NCBI GenBank assembly: GCA_049598495.1
Contig: JBMYNR010000040.1
Location: 1 to 14,537, forward strand
Direction: 5' to 3'
DNA length: 14,537 nt
Source of the DNA: Opitutales bacterium
Lineage (GTDB): Bacteria; Verrucomicrobiota; Verrucomicrobiia; Opitutales; Coraliomargaritaceae
Positions 6,810 to 14,537 of the stretch are shown here, piece after piece. Every line of letters begins with the position of its first letter. Within the stretch, counting starts at the first letter, position 1. The notes under the pieces are model-generated. The model had not been told where the DNA came from and searched no databases. It worked only from the letters and a program-made list of their open reading frames with translations. The position numbers and the translations under genes were made by a program.

Positions 6810-8246
6810 ATGCTCCCCTTTATTTCCGGATTAATTGCGGGAACTTTCGCCCTCTGGCTGATCTACGCAGGGAAGCGGCGCCAGATCAAGATTCTCGAAG
6901 AAGACAAGCAAGTCCTCCGTCAGGAGAACCAGATTGTTGTGGAGTTCATGCATAACATGGTCGAGGCGGTCACCGAGGAGAGCAATCGCGAGGCTATGTT
7001 CCAGCGGATCATTCATGCGGCCATCCTCAGCACGGGGGCGATGAGCGCCTGTATTTTCGAATACCGCGATGACGACACTCTAAAGGGCATTGCAGTTGAG
7101 GGACTGTTCCCGCCGCAACGGAAGCTGCCGGACTCACTCACTAATTCGCTCGCGACGCGTGCACAGTTTCTTGAAACGATCCTAAAATCGGAGTCCTACA
7201 AGATGGGTGAAGGACTCATCGGTCAGGCAGCGAAATCGCGACGCGCACTGCTCATCTCCGACGCACAAAACGATCCACGCGTCGTCCAGCATGACGACCC
7301 GGCATTGCAGGCCCGCTCCTTCATTGTCGCCCCCGTTCTCTTTCAGGAGGAACTCCTCGCCGTCCTCGCGGTGGCGAATCCGGCTGACGGCCTGGCCTTC
7401 AACGAGACAGACTTCTCGCTGGTCGAGTCGCTTGCCGAGCAAGTGGGATTGGCGATTCACAACAGCGATGCCATGCAATTGCAGATTGAGAAGAACCAGT
7501 TAGATATGGACATCGAGCTCGCGAGCAACACCCAGAGTCTCCTCATGCCGAAGCAATATCCGCTGGCCGACCAAATTGTCTTCGCTTCCCATTATACACC
7601 CGCCCAAAAAGTCGGTGGCGATCTCTACGACATCTTCTCACTGGATGAGAAGACCATCGCATTCGCCATTGCTGATGTTTCCGGGAAGGGGATCTCGGCA
7701 TCGATTCTTATGGCGATCTGCCAGACACACCTCCGACATTTCGCCCACCGGCACCGATCTCCTTCCAGAGTTCTGATTGAGATCAACAAGGCCATGGAAC
7801 ACACGATGCAGCGCGATATGTTCATCACGATGCTCTATGCCGTCATTGATCTGGAAACAGAGCAACTTACGCTTGCAAGAGCCGGGCACGAACTTCCGCT
7901 CTATTACAACCAACACGCGGGTGGAAGCCTCGAAGTCGGCCCGATCGAGTCTCCAGGCATGGCAGTCGGCATGGTGCCTCCCGAGATTTTTGACGGCATC
8001 ATCGAAGAAACCTCGATTCACTTTGGCTCGAATGATGCCTTACTCCTCTACACCGACGGGATCACAGAAAGCACCAACACAAGTGGAGAAGAATACGGGA
8101 GTGAGCGTCTTCTGGAAGTGCTCAAGTCCTTTGGCGAGGGCGATGCGCAGAATATCATCGACCAGACACTCGAGAGCGTCAGACGCTTCTCCCACGGGAT
8201 GGGACAGGTCGACGACCTCACTCTAATTGCGGTCAAACAGACTTAA
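6810..8246 (+). CDS. Membrane-anchored GAF-domain SpoIIE/RsbU-family PP2C phosphatase
   Basis: N-terminal hydrophobic helix and coiled coil, GAF motifs (GEGLIG, DPR, SFIVAPV, FNETD), and PP2C metal motifs VGGDLYD, IADVSGKG, LYTDGITE and DDLTLI. Confidence 0.92.
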   Translation: MLPFISGLIAGTFALWLIYAGKRRQIKILEEDKQVLRQENQIVVEFMHNMVEAVTEESNREAMFQRIIHAAILSTGAMSACIFEYRDDDTLKGIAVEGLFPPQRKLPDSLTNSLATRAQFLETILKSESYKMGEGLIGQAAKSRRALLISDAQNDPRVVQHDDPALQARSFIVAPVLFQEELLAVLAVANPADGLAFNETDFSLVESLAEQVGLAIHNSDAMQLQIEKNQLDMDIELASNTQSLLMPKQYPLADQIVFASHYTPAQKVGGDLYDIFSLDEKTIAFAIADVSGKGISASILMAICQTHLRHFAHRHRSPSRVLIEINKAMEHTMQRDMFITMLYAVIDLETEQLTLARAGHELPLYYNQHAGGSLEVGPIESPGMAVGMVPPEIFDGIIEETSIHFGSNDALLLYTDGITESTNTSGEEYGSERLLEVLKSFGEGDAQNIIDQTLESVRRFSHGMGQVDDLTLIAVKQT

Positions 8247-8323
8247 AATGTCGAGGCGCCGCTCTATTTCTGCAAGCGAACCGCGATGGATTTCCACATA
8301 GGCACTGTCGGGCCTAGAAAGAT

Positions 8324-8351
8324 GTCGCGACGCGACGCCCGCACCGTCGAC
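8324..8351 (+). repeat. Decayed copy of GTAG REP variant A
   Basis: GTCGCGACGCGACGCCCGCACCGTCGAC matches 8544-8571 at 22/28 ungapped. Confidence 0.55.
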
Positions 8352-8543
8352 GTTCAGGCGGCTACTTCCCGTTCGCAATTTGGCATCAGAATCTAAGCTC
8401 TACAGCCTCCGCCGCTTCGATGAATCTTATTTCATCTCACTTTGGCGATGAACCGTAATTTTTAGCGAAGGTTGAGCGTCATTTAGCGGTTAAAAATGCA
8501 CGCTTCAAAGAAGCAATGCTCCCCAGCCGTTCGTCAGGCAGGT

Positions 8544-8635
8544 GTAGCGATGCGACGCCAGTCGCGTCGACGTATCAAGAGTTCCGAACAGACGGAGGCG
8601 CTCGTCCGTCGACCTTGCTGGCGCAAGTTCGCTAC
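8544..8635. repeat. REPIN/BIME-like inverted doublet of two GTAG REP variants
   Basis: Variant A GTAG-CGATGCGAC-GCCA-GTCGCGTCG-AC (8544-8571, +), a 36-nt linker, then variant B GTAG-CGAACTTGC-GCCA-GCAAGGTCG-AC (8635-8608, -). Both share head, 9-nt arms, GCCA loop and 28-nt length. Confidence 0.85.
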
Positions 8636-8682
8636 CTTGTGCCGTGTATCGCGATTGAAAGCTTTCAAAATATGGAATAAAG

Positions 8683-8757
8683 CGGCCTAAAGGCCGAACT
8701 CCACCCCCCCACGCATTCTAGATTTTAAGCGTTGGAGTGCGCCCTTTAGGGCGTCCG
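8683..8757. repeat. Pair of GGAG-headed REP-like hairpins in opposite orientation
   Basis: 8683-8703 reads TGGAGTTCGGCCTTTAGGCCG on the minus strand; 8731-8757 reads GTTGGAGTGCGCCCTTTAGGGCGTCCG on the plus strand. Other copies are at 14515-14535 and 1880-1906. Confidence 0.82.
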
Positions 8758-8883
8758 ACAGCAAGCCAACCCGTCTCAACGCAGACATACCGTTCGCAAT
8801 TGGCCATTATACCAATTCGCAGAATTCTTGCAGATACGGGAGAAGCTGCGCCAGCGTAGTTTTTAAAATAGAAGGCGTCAGGC

Positions 8884-11415
8884 CTACTTGCCAACATGAA
8901 CCGGCTTTAGTTTCCAAATATGCTCGGCATATTCACTGATCGTGCGATCCGAGGAGAACTTGCCAACGCAGGCCGTATTCATGATAGCCATCTTGGCCCA
9001 GCGCTTCTTGTCGCTGAACGCCTTGTCGACTTCCTCCTGCATGCGCAAGTAATCAGCATAGTCAGCAAGGCACAGGAAAGGGTCCCCGCCCTCAAGCCAA
9101 CTGCTGCAAAGAGGAGCAAAAGCATCGTGCTCACCTGGAGTGAAGTAATCCGAGCGCAACCAATCAATCACTGCTTTCAACTCCCAGTTGCTGTTGTAAT
9201 AATCGTAAGGATTGTAGCCCTTGGCGTGGAGCGCCTCAACTTGCTCGACGGTGTTGCCGAAGATGAAGATGTTGTCATCGCCAACCTCTTCCCCGATCTC
9301 GACGTTGGCCCCGTCGAGAGTCCCGATCGTTAGAGCGCCGTTCAGCGCCAACTTCATATTCCCGGTTCCGGAAGCTTCCTTGCCCGCAGTAGAAATCTGC
9401 TCAGAAAGATCCGCGGCTGGGATCATTTTCTCCGCCATCGTGACTCGGTAGTTCTGCGGGAAGACAATCTTGATCTTGCCGTTGATGCGGGGGTCGTTGT
9501 TGATCTTATCCGCAACCTTGTTGATCGCACGAATGATGTTCTTAGCCAGCGCATACCCCGGAGCCGCTTTGGCTCCGAAGATGAATACGCGGGGGTTCAT
9601 CTCATAATCGGGATCGTTCAGCAGTCGGCGGTAGAGTGTGAGGATATGGAGCAGATTAAGGTGCTGGCGCTTATACTCGTGCAGGCGTTTGATCTGGACA
9701 TCGAAGAGCGCATCGGGGTCAATTTCGAGCCCGGAGTCAGCCTTTACGAATTCAGCAAAGGCCTGCTTATTGGCACGCTTGATAGCCATAAACTTCTTCT
9801 GGAAAGCCGCATTGCCGGCGAGCTCGGCCACCTTCTGCAACCGATCCAGATCTTTGGGCCAGTCTTCGCCCACCTTCTCCGTGATCAGTTCACTCAAGCC
9901 GGGGTTACAAGCGAGAAGCCAGCGGCGAGGCGTGATGCCATTCGTCATGTTGATCAGCTTCTCAGGATACAAGGTATGGAAAGTCGAGAAGAGATTCTTC
10001 TTGAGCAACTCTGTATGAAGAGCGGCGACGCCATTCACCTTCGTTGAGCCAACGACTGACAGATAGGCCATGCGAACCATCTTCGGGTGACCCTCCTCGA
10101 TGATCGAGAGCTCCGCTTTCTTGGCATCATCGCCCGGCCACATGGCTTCAACTTCATCCTCAAGGAAACGAGCATTGATTTCGTAAATAATCTCCAGATG
10201 GCGCGGTAGGACCTTTTCAAACAGTGGCACGCTCCACTTCTCAAGCGCCTCAGGAAGGAGGGTGTGGTTTGTGTAATTGCAAACCCCGCGAGTGATTTCC
10301 CAAGCATCCTTCCAATCCATTCCGTTCTCATCGACAAGTAGGCGCATTAACTCAGGAATCGCGATCGCAGGATGGGTATCGTTCAGTTGGATCGTGTTGT
10401 AATCAACGAACTCGGACCAATCGCCATTGTGGTTTCCATGGAAGCGCCGGATAATATCCTTTAAGGAGCAGGTGACGAAGAAATACTGCTGCACGAGACG
10501 CAACTCCTTGCCATTCTCCGTCGAGTCGTTTGGATAAAGGACCTTCGAAATGGTCTCTCCCATCGCTTTCTCCCGAACCGCCTCCACGTAGCCGCCCTCA
10601 TTGAAGATATCGAGGTCGAATTCATGCGTGGATTTAGAGTCCCAAAGGCGCAGGAAGTTCACCGTTCCACCGCCGTGCCCGACAATACCGATATCATAGG
10701 GCACCCCTTCGAGAACTTTGTAATCGATCCACTTAGGCGAGAACACGCCTTTGCTGTCCATTTGATGTTCAACGCGACCGTAGAGCCGTACTTTCTGCGC
10801 GAAGTTCGGACGCATGACCTCCCAAGGACATCCCTTTTCCATCCAGGTATCCGGATGCTCCATCTGAAAACCATCCTTGAACTCCTGGCGGAACAGCCCG
10901 AACTCGTAATGGATGCCGTAACCGATTGCGGGGAGATCGAGCGTTGCCAGGGAATCCAGGAAGCACGAGGCCAAGCGGCCCAGGCCTCCGTTTCCAAGCC
11001 CCATATCGGCCTCTTCGTCGGCGATTTCATTGAAGTCCTGGCCAAGCTCTGTGAGCGCATCACGAGTCTGCTCAAAAAGCCCTGCATTATGTAGATTGTT
11101 CACCAGTAGACGGCCCATCAAATACTCAAGACTAAGGTAGTGCGCACGACGTACCTTCTTCTCGTTATGGACGGCCTGTGTCTTCATAAAGCGATCGAGA
11201 AGACGATCACGAACCGCATAACAGGTGGCGGTCCACCATTCATCTTTCGCCGCACTCTCAGGGTGTCGCGCCAATGTGTAGCGGAGATGATTCAGGATAG
11301 AGACCTTCATGGACTCCTTCGTCGTTTCTACATCGAAGCGGAATGCTTTCTCGGCGGCCTTGCCGGCCGATGATTTCTTGACGGAAGTTTTTTTCGACTT
11401 AACTGCTGCGGTCAT
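8884..11415 (-). CDS. glgP: Glycogen/starch/alpha-glucan phosphorylase
   Basis: [60 protein letters not shown] and the PLP-lysine motif EASGTGNMK. The start is placed at ATG 11415 (MTAAVK..., 843 aa) after an A/C-rich leader; the extra 33 codons in the ORF track do not look conserved. Confidence 0.96.
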   Translation of the reverse strand: MTAAVKSKKTSVKKSSAGKAAEKAFRFDVETTKESMKVSILNHLRYTLARHPESAAKDEWWTATCYAVRDRLLDRFMKTQAVHNEKKVRRAHYLSLEYLMGRLLVNNLHNAGLFEQTRDALTELGQDFNEIADEEADMGLGNGGLGRLASCFLDSLATLDLPAIGYGIHYEFGLFRQEFKDGFQMEHPDTWMEKGCPWEVMRPNFAQKVRLYGRVEHQMDSKGVFSPKWIDYKVLEGVPYDIGIVGHGGGTVNFLRLWDSKSTHEFDLDIFNEGGYVEAVREKAMGETISKVLYPNDSTENGKELRLVQQYFFVTCSLKDIIRRFHGNHNGDWSEFVDYNTIQLNDTHPAIAIPELMRLLVDENGMDWKDAWEITRGVCNYTNHTLLPEALEKWSVPLFEKVLPRHLEIIYEINARFLEDEVEAMWPGDDAKKAELSIIEEGHPKMVRMAYLSVVGSTKVNGVAALHTELLKKNLFSTFHTLYPEKLINMTNGITPRRWLLACNPGLSELITEKVGEDWPKDLDRLQKVAELAGNAAFQKKFMAIKRANKQAFAEFVKADSGLEIDPDALFDVQIKRLHEYKRQHLNLLHILTLYRRLLNDPDYEMNPRVFIFGAKAAPGYALAKNIIRAINKVADKINNDPRINGKIKIVFPQNYRVTMAEKMIPAADLSEQISTAGKEASGTGNMKLALNGALTIGTLDGANVEIGEEVGDDNIFIFGNTVEQVEALHAKGYNPYDYYNSNWELKAVIDWLRSDYFTPGEHDAFAPLCSSWLEGGDPFLCLADYADYLRMQEEVDKAFSDKKRWAKMAIMNTACVGKFSSDRTISEYAEHIWKLKPVHVGK

Positions 11416-11584
11416 ATGGTGGGTTATTGATGATAAAGATGATAGGCAGGCCAGTGAGCACCTGCAGGAAGCATTGGATAGGCTTTTCTGCCACGGATGG
11501 AAGTGAGAAAGCAAAAATAGAGCCGATTCTGAATAAAAAGCTCACCCGCCCATACGAAACACAACCACACACGGGTTCAACGGT

Positions 11585-13024
11585 TTAACCAGCGGGAGAA
11601 TGCTCCATTACACAGGGAAGCAGTGCGGCATCTCTCATTCCGTGGATAATTTTCTTATCCGCGGGGCAAAGCGTCGCCAAAATCCCGTTCAATTTCACAG
11701 TCTTGGCCACTTCATCGACAAAGTAATAAGGACAAAGCCGCATACGCCCTTCCATCTGATAGACGCTCCCGTCCTCTCGGTAAACCGGGTGGCGCAGGCG
11801 CTTTGGTTTTTCGTAGGTCTGCAGGATATGGAGCGAGGTATCTGCCATTGTGACCGCTTGCTGAATGGCGCTCTCCCAGTCGGCTCGTGAGCAATCACTT
11901 CCTAGAGTCACGCTGCGCGCTCCCCACGCACTTTCATGAAAGCCACTCATCTTAATGATCAAATTTCGCTCCTTCTTGCCGGCGTCGACTAACTGCAACC
12001 AGTTCGTGATCGGCTTACCACCAATCAGTGGCGCATCGAGCACGGCATTTGGCGGCAGATCCACGGGATCCATGACCCACGTTTGAGGAATCACCTTGGC
12101 CAGAGTTTTGTAAGCCTGCTTCGAGAGATTCTCCCGCCAGTAATCATCGAGTTTGTGATGATGGAATAAGGCCAGGTTCAACTTTTCCTCCTGAAATGGA
12201 CGCATCGGCGGAGTCAGACGAACATGGGCTGCTTCGCGTGCCTTGAGCAGAAAATCCGCGATCGACACGTTGGCTAGATCAAAGAGTTCCCAGAAGCGGT
12301 AGATGACATCGACCTTCTGCGGGTCGCCGTCGATCCCCACGCAAATATCATCACCTAAAGGCATCACTTCATCCGGGTGAAACACGTGCACGCGTCGCCC
12401 CAACTGCCGAAGCTGCGAGGCGAGCCACTCCATCTCGGGACGATACGTGGCCGCTTCGTCACTCACCAAGATCGCGATATAAGGTGCGCTGACATTAGGC
12501 ACGCGACTGGCCATGGCTGTGTAAAAGGCCATGACCATGTCCTGCTCCCCTACCCCGATCAAAGAAGCCCCATGCACCTCCTCATAGAGGCGGTTTAGGA
12601 AGGCGGTCAGCCCAATCCCTCCGGGCACGGAATCGATCTCTGTCATGGCGAAGCCGTCCTCGGTGATCAGCAGGTCCGGACGGATGACCATGGGTGCAGT
12701 GCCCCGAATGGCTTTGTCGCGGGCATGCTGAATCAAGGCCTCGGGCTTTCCGCGGTCCAGATAAGCCGCCACCCATGGTGCCTTCAGGGAGCGGTTACGG
12801 AGGAGGTTTTTGCCCTCGGCTGAACGAATATAGAGCGTCTCGAGCGCACGGTAAAAATCGTAGCAGGCCTGACCAATTTGCTCAATTTGTTTAAGCTGAG
12901 CAGAACTAAGCGGAAAGGCCTCCGGCGAGTAGAGCCAGGTCTTGTTCTCAAACAAGCTCTGGTCGGAGAACGCCGTAAGGGCATCCTCATAGCTCAGACT
13001 GGGACTGGATGCGGCATCATTCAT
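11585..13024 (-). CDS. Uncharacterised protein with a circularly permuted ATP-grasp (glutathionylspermidine synthase-like) signature
   Basis: 479 aa with an AGGAG SD 6 nt before the ATG. Motifs R115-x-D117...E129-x-D131, VDVIYRF, EEKLNLAL, IIKMSG...WGARSV, ILQTY and RLCPYY fall in the order expected for this fold. Confidence 0.7.
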   Translation of the reverse strand: MNDAASSPSLSYEDALTAFSDQSLFENKTWLYSPEAFPLSSAQLKQIEQIGQACYDFYRALETLYIRSAEGKNLLRNRSLKAPWVAAYLDRGKPEALIQHARDKAIRGTAPMVIRPDLLITEDGFAMTEIDSVPGGIGLTAFLNRLYEEVHGASLIGVGEQDMVMAFYTAMASRVPNVSAPYIAILVSDEAATYRPEMEWLASQLRQLGRRVHVFHPDEVMPLGDDICVGIDGDPQKVDVIYRFWELFDLANVSIADFLLKAREAAHVRLTPPMRPFQEEKLNLALFHHHKLDDYWRENLSKQAYKTLAKVIPQTWVMDPVDLPPNAVLDAPLIGGKPITNWLQLVDAGKKERNLIIKMSGFHESAWGARSVTLGSDCSRADWESAIQQAVTMADTSLHILQTYEKPKRLRHPVYREDGSVYQMEGRMRLCPYYFVDEVAKTVKLNGILATLCPADKKIIHGMRDAALLPCVMEHSPAG

Positions 13025-13130
13025 CGATTTCTCCTAGACCTATCTCTTTGAGTCTTTGAACCAATCACATTCTGCTGGCAGTTCATTTCCCTTAGGTGAA
13101 TCGAGCGATGTTCAGAAGATATTTTCGCAC

Positions 13131-13154
13131 GGGCGTCGCAAGCAACGCCCCTAC
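13131..13154 (-). repeat. Solitary GTAG-type REP-like hairpin (third family) downstream of prfB
   Basis: The minus strand reads GTAG-GGGCGTTGC-TT-GCGACGCCC: a GTAG head followed by a 9-bp stem with one G-T pair. Single copy in the window. Confidence 0.6.
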
Positions 13155-13190
13155 GCCCGGCCGAACCAGCTGAACTATAGATCTCACACA

Positions 13191-14346
13191 TCATCCAGCC
13201 CCTTTTTCACCGGCCGCCTGCCGTGAGGTCGGCCCTCCCGCGCGCAGCCATGCATGAATGAAAAGGTCGAGTTCGCCATCCATGACGGCTTGCACGTTAC
13301 CCGTTTCCGCACCGGTGCGCAGGTCCTTGACCATCTGATACGGTTGAAATACGTAGGAGCGGATCTGGTTGCCCCAGGCAATGTCCCCCTTCTCGCCATA
13401 AAATTTCTCCATCTCGCTCCGCTTTTCGTCCTCTTGTTTTTCGTAGAGGCGCGCCTTGAGTGTCTTCATCGCAGTCGCCTTATTCTTAATTTGGGAGCGA
13501 TCATTTTGACAGGTCACCACGATTCCGGTCGGTATATGCGTCAAGCGCACGGCAGATTCGGTCCGGTTCACATGCTGTCCGCCCTTGCCGCTGGCACGAT
13601 AGACATCCGTCCGAATATCGGCTTCATCGATCTCGATATCGAGATCGTCCTCTATCTCTGCCACCACGTCCACCGAACAGAATGAGGTATGTCGCCGGGC
13701 GTTGGAATCAAACGGGCTGATACGAACGAGGCGGTGAACGCCGCGCTCCGCCTTGGCATAGCCAAATGCGTTGGGGCCCTCGATTCGCAGCGTCGCCGAA
13801 CTGATGCCCGCCTCTTCACCGGGCTGAATGTCGAGGACCTCGGCCTTAAACCCCGAGCTCTCGGCCCATCGGCTATACATCCGCATAAGCATGTCCGCCC
13901 AGTCGCAACTCTCGGTCCCTCCGGCGCCTGAGTTAATCGTAAGGAAGGCATTACACCCGTCATGAGGACCGCTCAGAAAAGAAGCGAGTTCCAGCTGATC
14001 CAATCTGGGTTGCAACCGGGCAATCGTATCCACGACCTCCTGCTGGTAAGTCCCGACTTCGGGATCCTCCCCCATTTCATTAACCAACTCAAGCATGGCT
14101 TTCAGGTCCTCCACCTCCGAGTTGAAGGCCTTGGCCGGATTCACCGTATTTTTCAGACGGTTGGCCTCCGAAATTACTTTCTGAGCAGCCGCCTGATCAT
14201 CCCAAAAGGAAGGCTCGGACATTTGCGCCTCGAGCGTATCTATGCGTTCTTTCTTCCTATCACCGTCAAAGATACCTCCATAGATGGCCTGCTCGGCGGG
14301 TGATTTCTTCAATGTGCGAGCGAACTTCCGGTGTGATCAAATTCAT
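13191..14346 (-). CDS. prfB: Peptide chain release factor 2, translated through a programmed +1 frameshift (about 384 aa)
   Basis: SPF tripeptide (RISPFDS), GGQ motif and [10 protein letters not shown]. The first segment runs from ATG 14346 for 26 codons ([26 protein letters not shown]) to CTT TGA C; the +1 frame continues DGDRKKERI... to the stop at 13191. Confidence 0.97.
14265..14279 (-). promoter_or_regulatory. RF2 autoregulatory +1 frameshift cassette
   Basis: The minus strand reads GGAGG TAT CTT TGA C: internal SD (14279-14275), 3-nt spacer, slippery CTT-T and in-frame UGA-C. Confidence 0.96.
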
Positions 14347-14434
14347 GACCCCGATAGCAACAAAGCCCCGAAAATATTAAAGATAAAAATATTTACCTTC
14401 CCTGCGGACCGTGGATTTTAGGTTCACCGTCAAA

Positions 14435-14537
14435 GTCGCATCGACCTTGCTGGCGCAAATTCGCTACGTTGTGCCGCGTGTAGCGATTGAAAGCTTTCTA
14501 AATATGGAATCAGACGGCCTAAAGGCCGAACTCCAAC
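14435..14537. repeat. Second copy of the composite REP unit (runs off the window end)
   Basis: 14441-14537 aligns ungapped to 8609-8705 with 10 mismatches in 97 nt. Confidence 0.9.

Noticed and set aside
8573..8607. TATCAAGAG resembling the start of a SAM-I riboswitch
   Set aside because: The remaining SAM-I core is absent, it lies in the REP linker, and it sits between convergent gene ends.
8654..8668. ATTGAAAG resembling a CRISPR repeat 3' end (also at 14486-14493)
   Set aside because: Only two copies, 5.8 kb apart, with no repeat-spacer periodicity and no cas genes.
8496..8690. 64-aa ORF in the phosphatase-glgP intergenic region (likewise 1421..1774)
   Set aside because: It reads through REP palindromes and has Arg-rich, repeat-derived composition.
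11416..11514. 33-aa N-terminal extension of GlgP from the ORF track
   Set aside because: Non-ATG start and Ser/Cys-rich sequence unlike phosphorylases; ATG 11415 has the leader style seen for other genes here.
13191..14346. prfB as a frameshifted pseudogene or sequencing error
   Set aside because: The break is exactly the canonical SD-N3-CTT-TGA-C recoding site.
8609..14537. Composite transposon carrying glgP, the ATP-grasp gene and prfB between the 97-bp repeats
   Set aside because: No transposase, the cargo is housekeeping including essential RF2, and related repeats occur outside the interval.

Overview
A mostly housekeeping bacterial chromosomal segment. The gene set and the A/C-rich, largely SD-less leaders suggest Verrucomicrobiota (Opitutae-like), but this is inference. 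In order: a YigM/BioP-like DMT transporter (+), an AhpE/BCP-like peroxiredoxin (+), an AAA_14/DUF4143-type ATPase with a C-terminal PD-(D/E)XK-like motif (+), aconitase B (-), a STAS anti-anti-sigma protein and a TM-GAF-PP2C phosphatase (+), glycogen phosphorylase (-), an uncharacterised circularly permuted ATP-grasp-like protein (-), and prfB (-). prfB has an intact +1 programmed frameshift, and its true start at 14346 is missed by the ORF track. The most distinctive content is intergenic. At least three families of REP-like hairpins (GTAG- and GGAG-headed) form mosaic BIME/REPIN-like clusters at about 1.7-1.9, 8.3-8.8, 13.1 and 14.4-14.5 kb, including a 97-bp composite unit present twice at about 90% identity. 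An orphan tRNA-Ala 3' fragment fused to a long hairpin follows acnB, and a candidate rod-shaped RNA plus a palindrome lie upstream of the transporter. No transposase, integrase, CRISPR array or complete RNA gene is visible.
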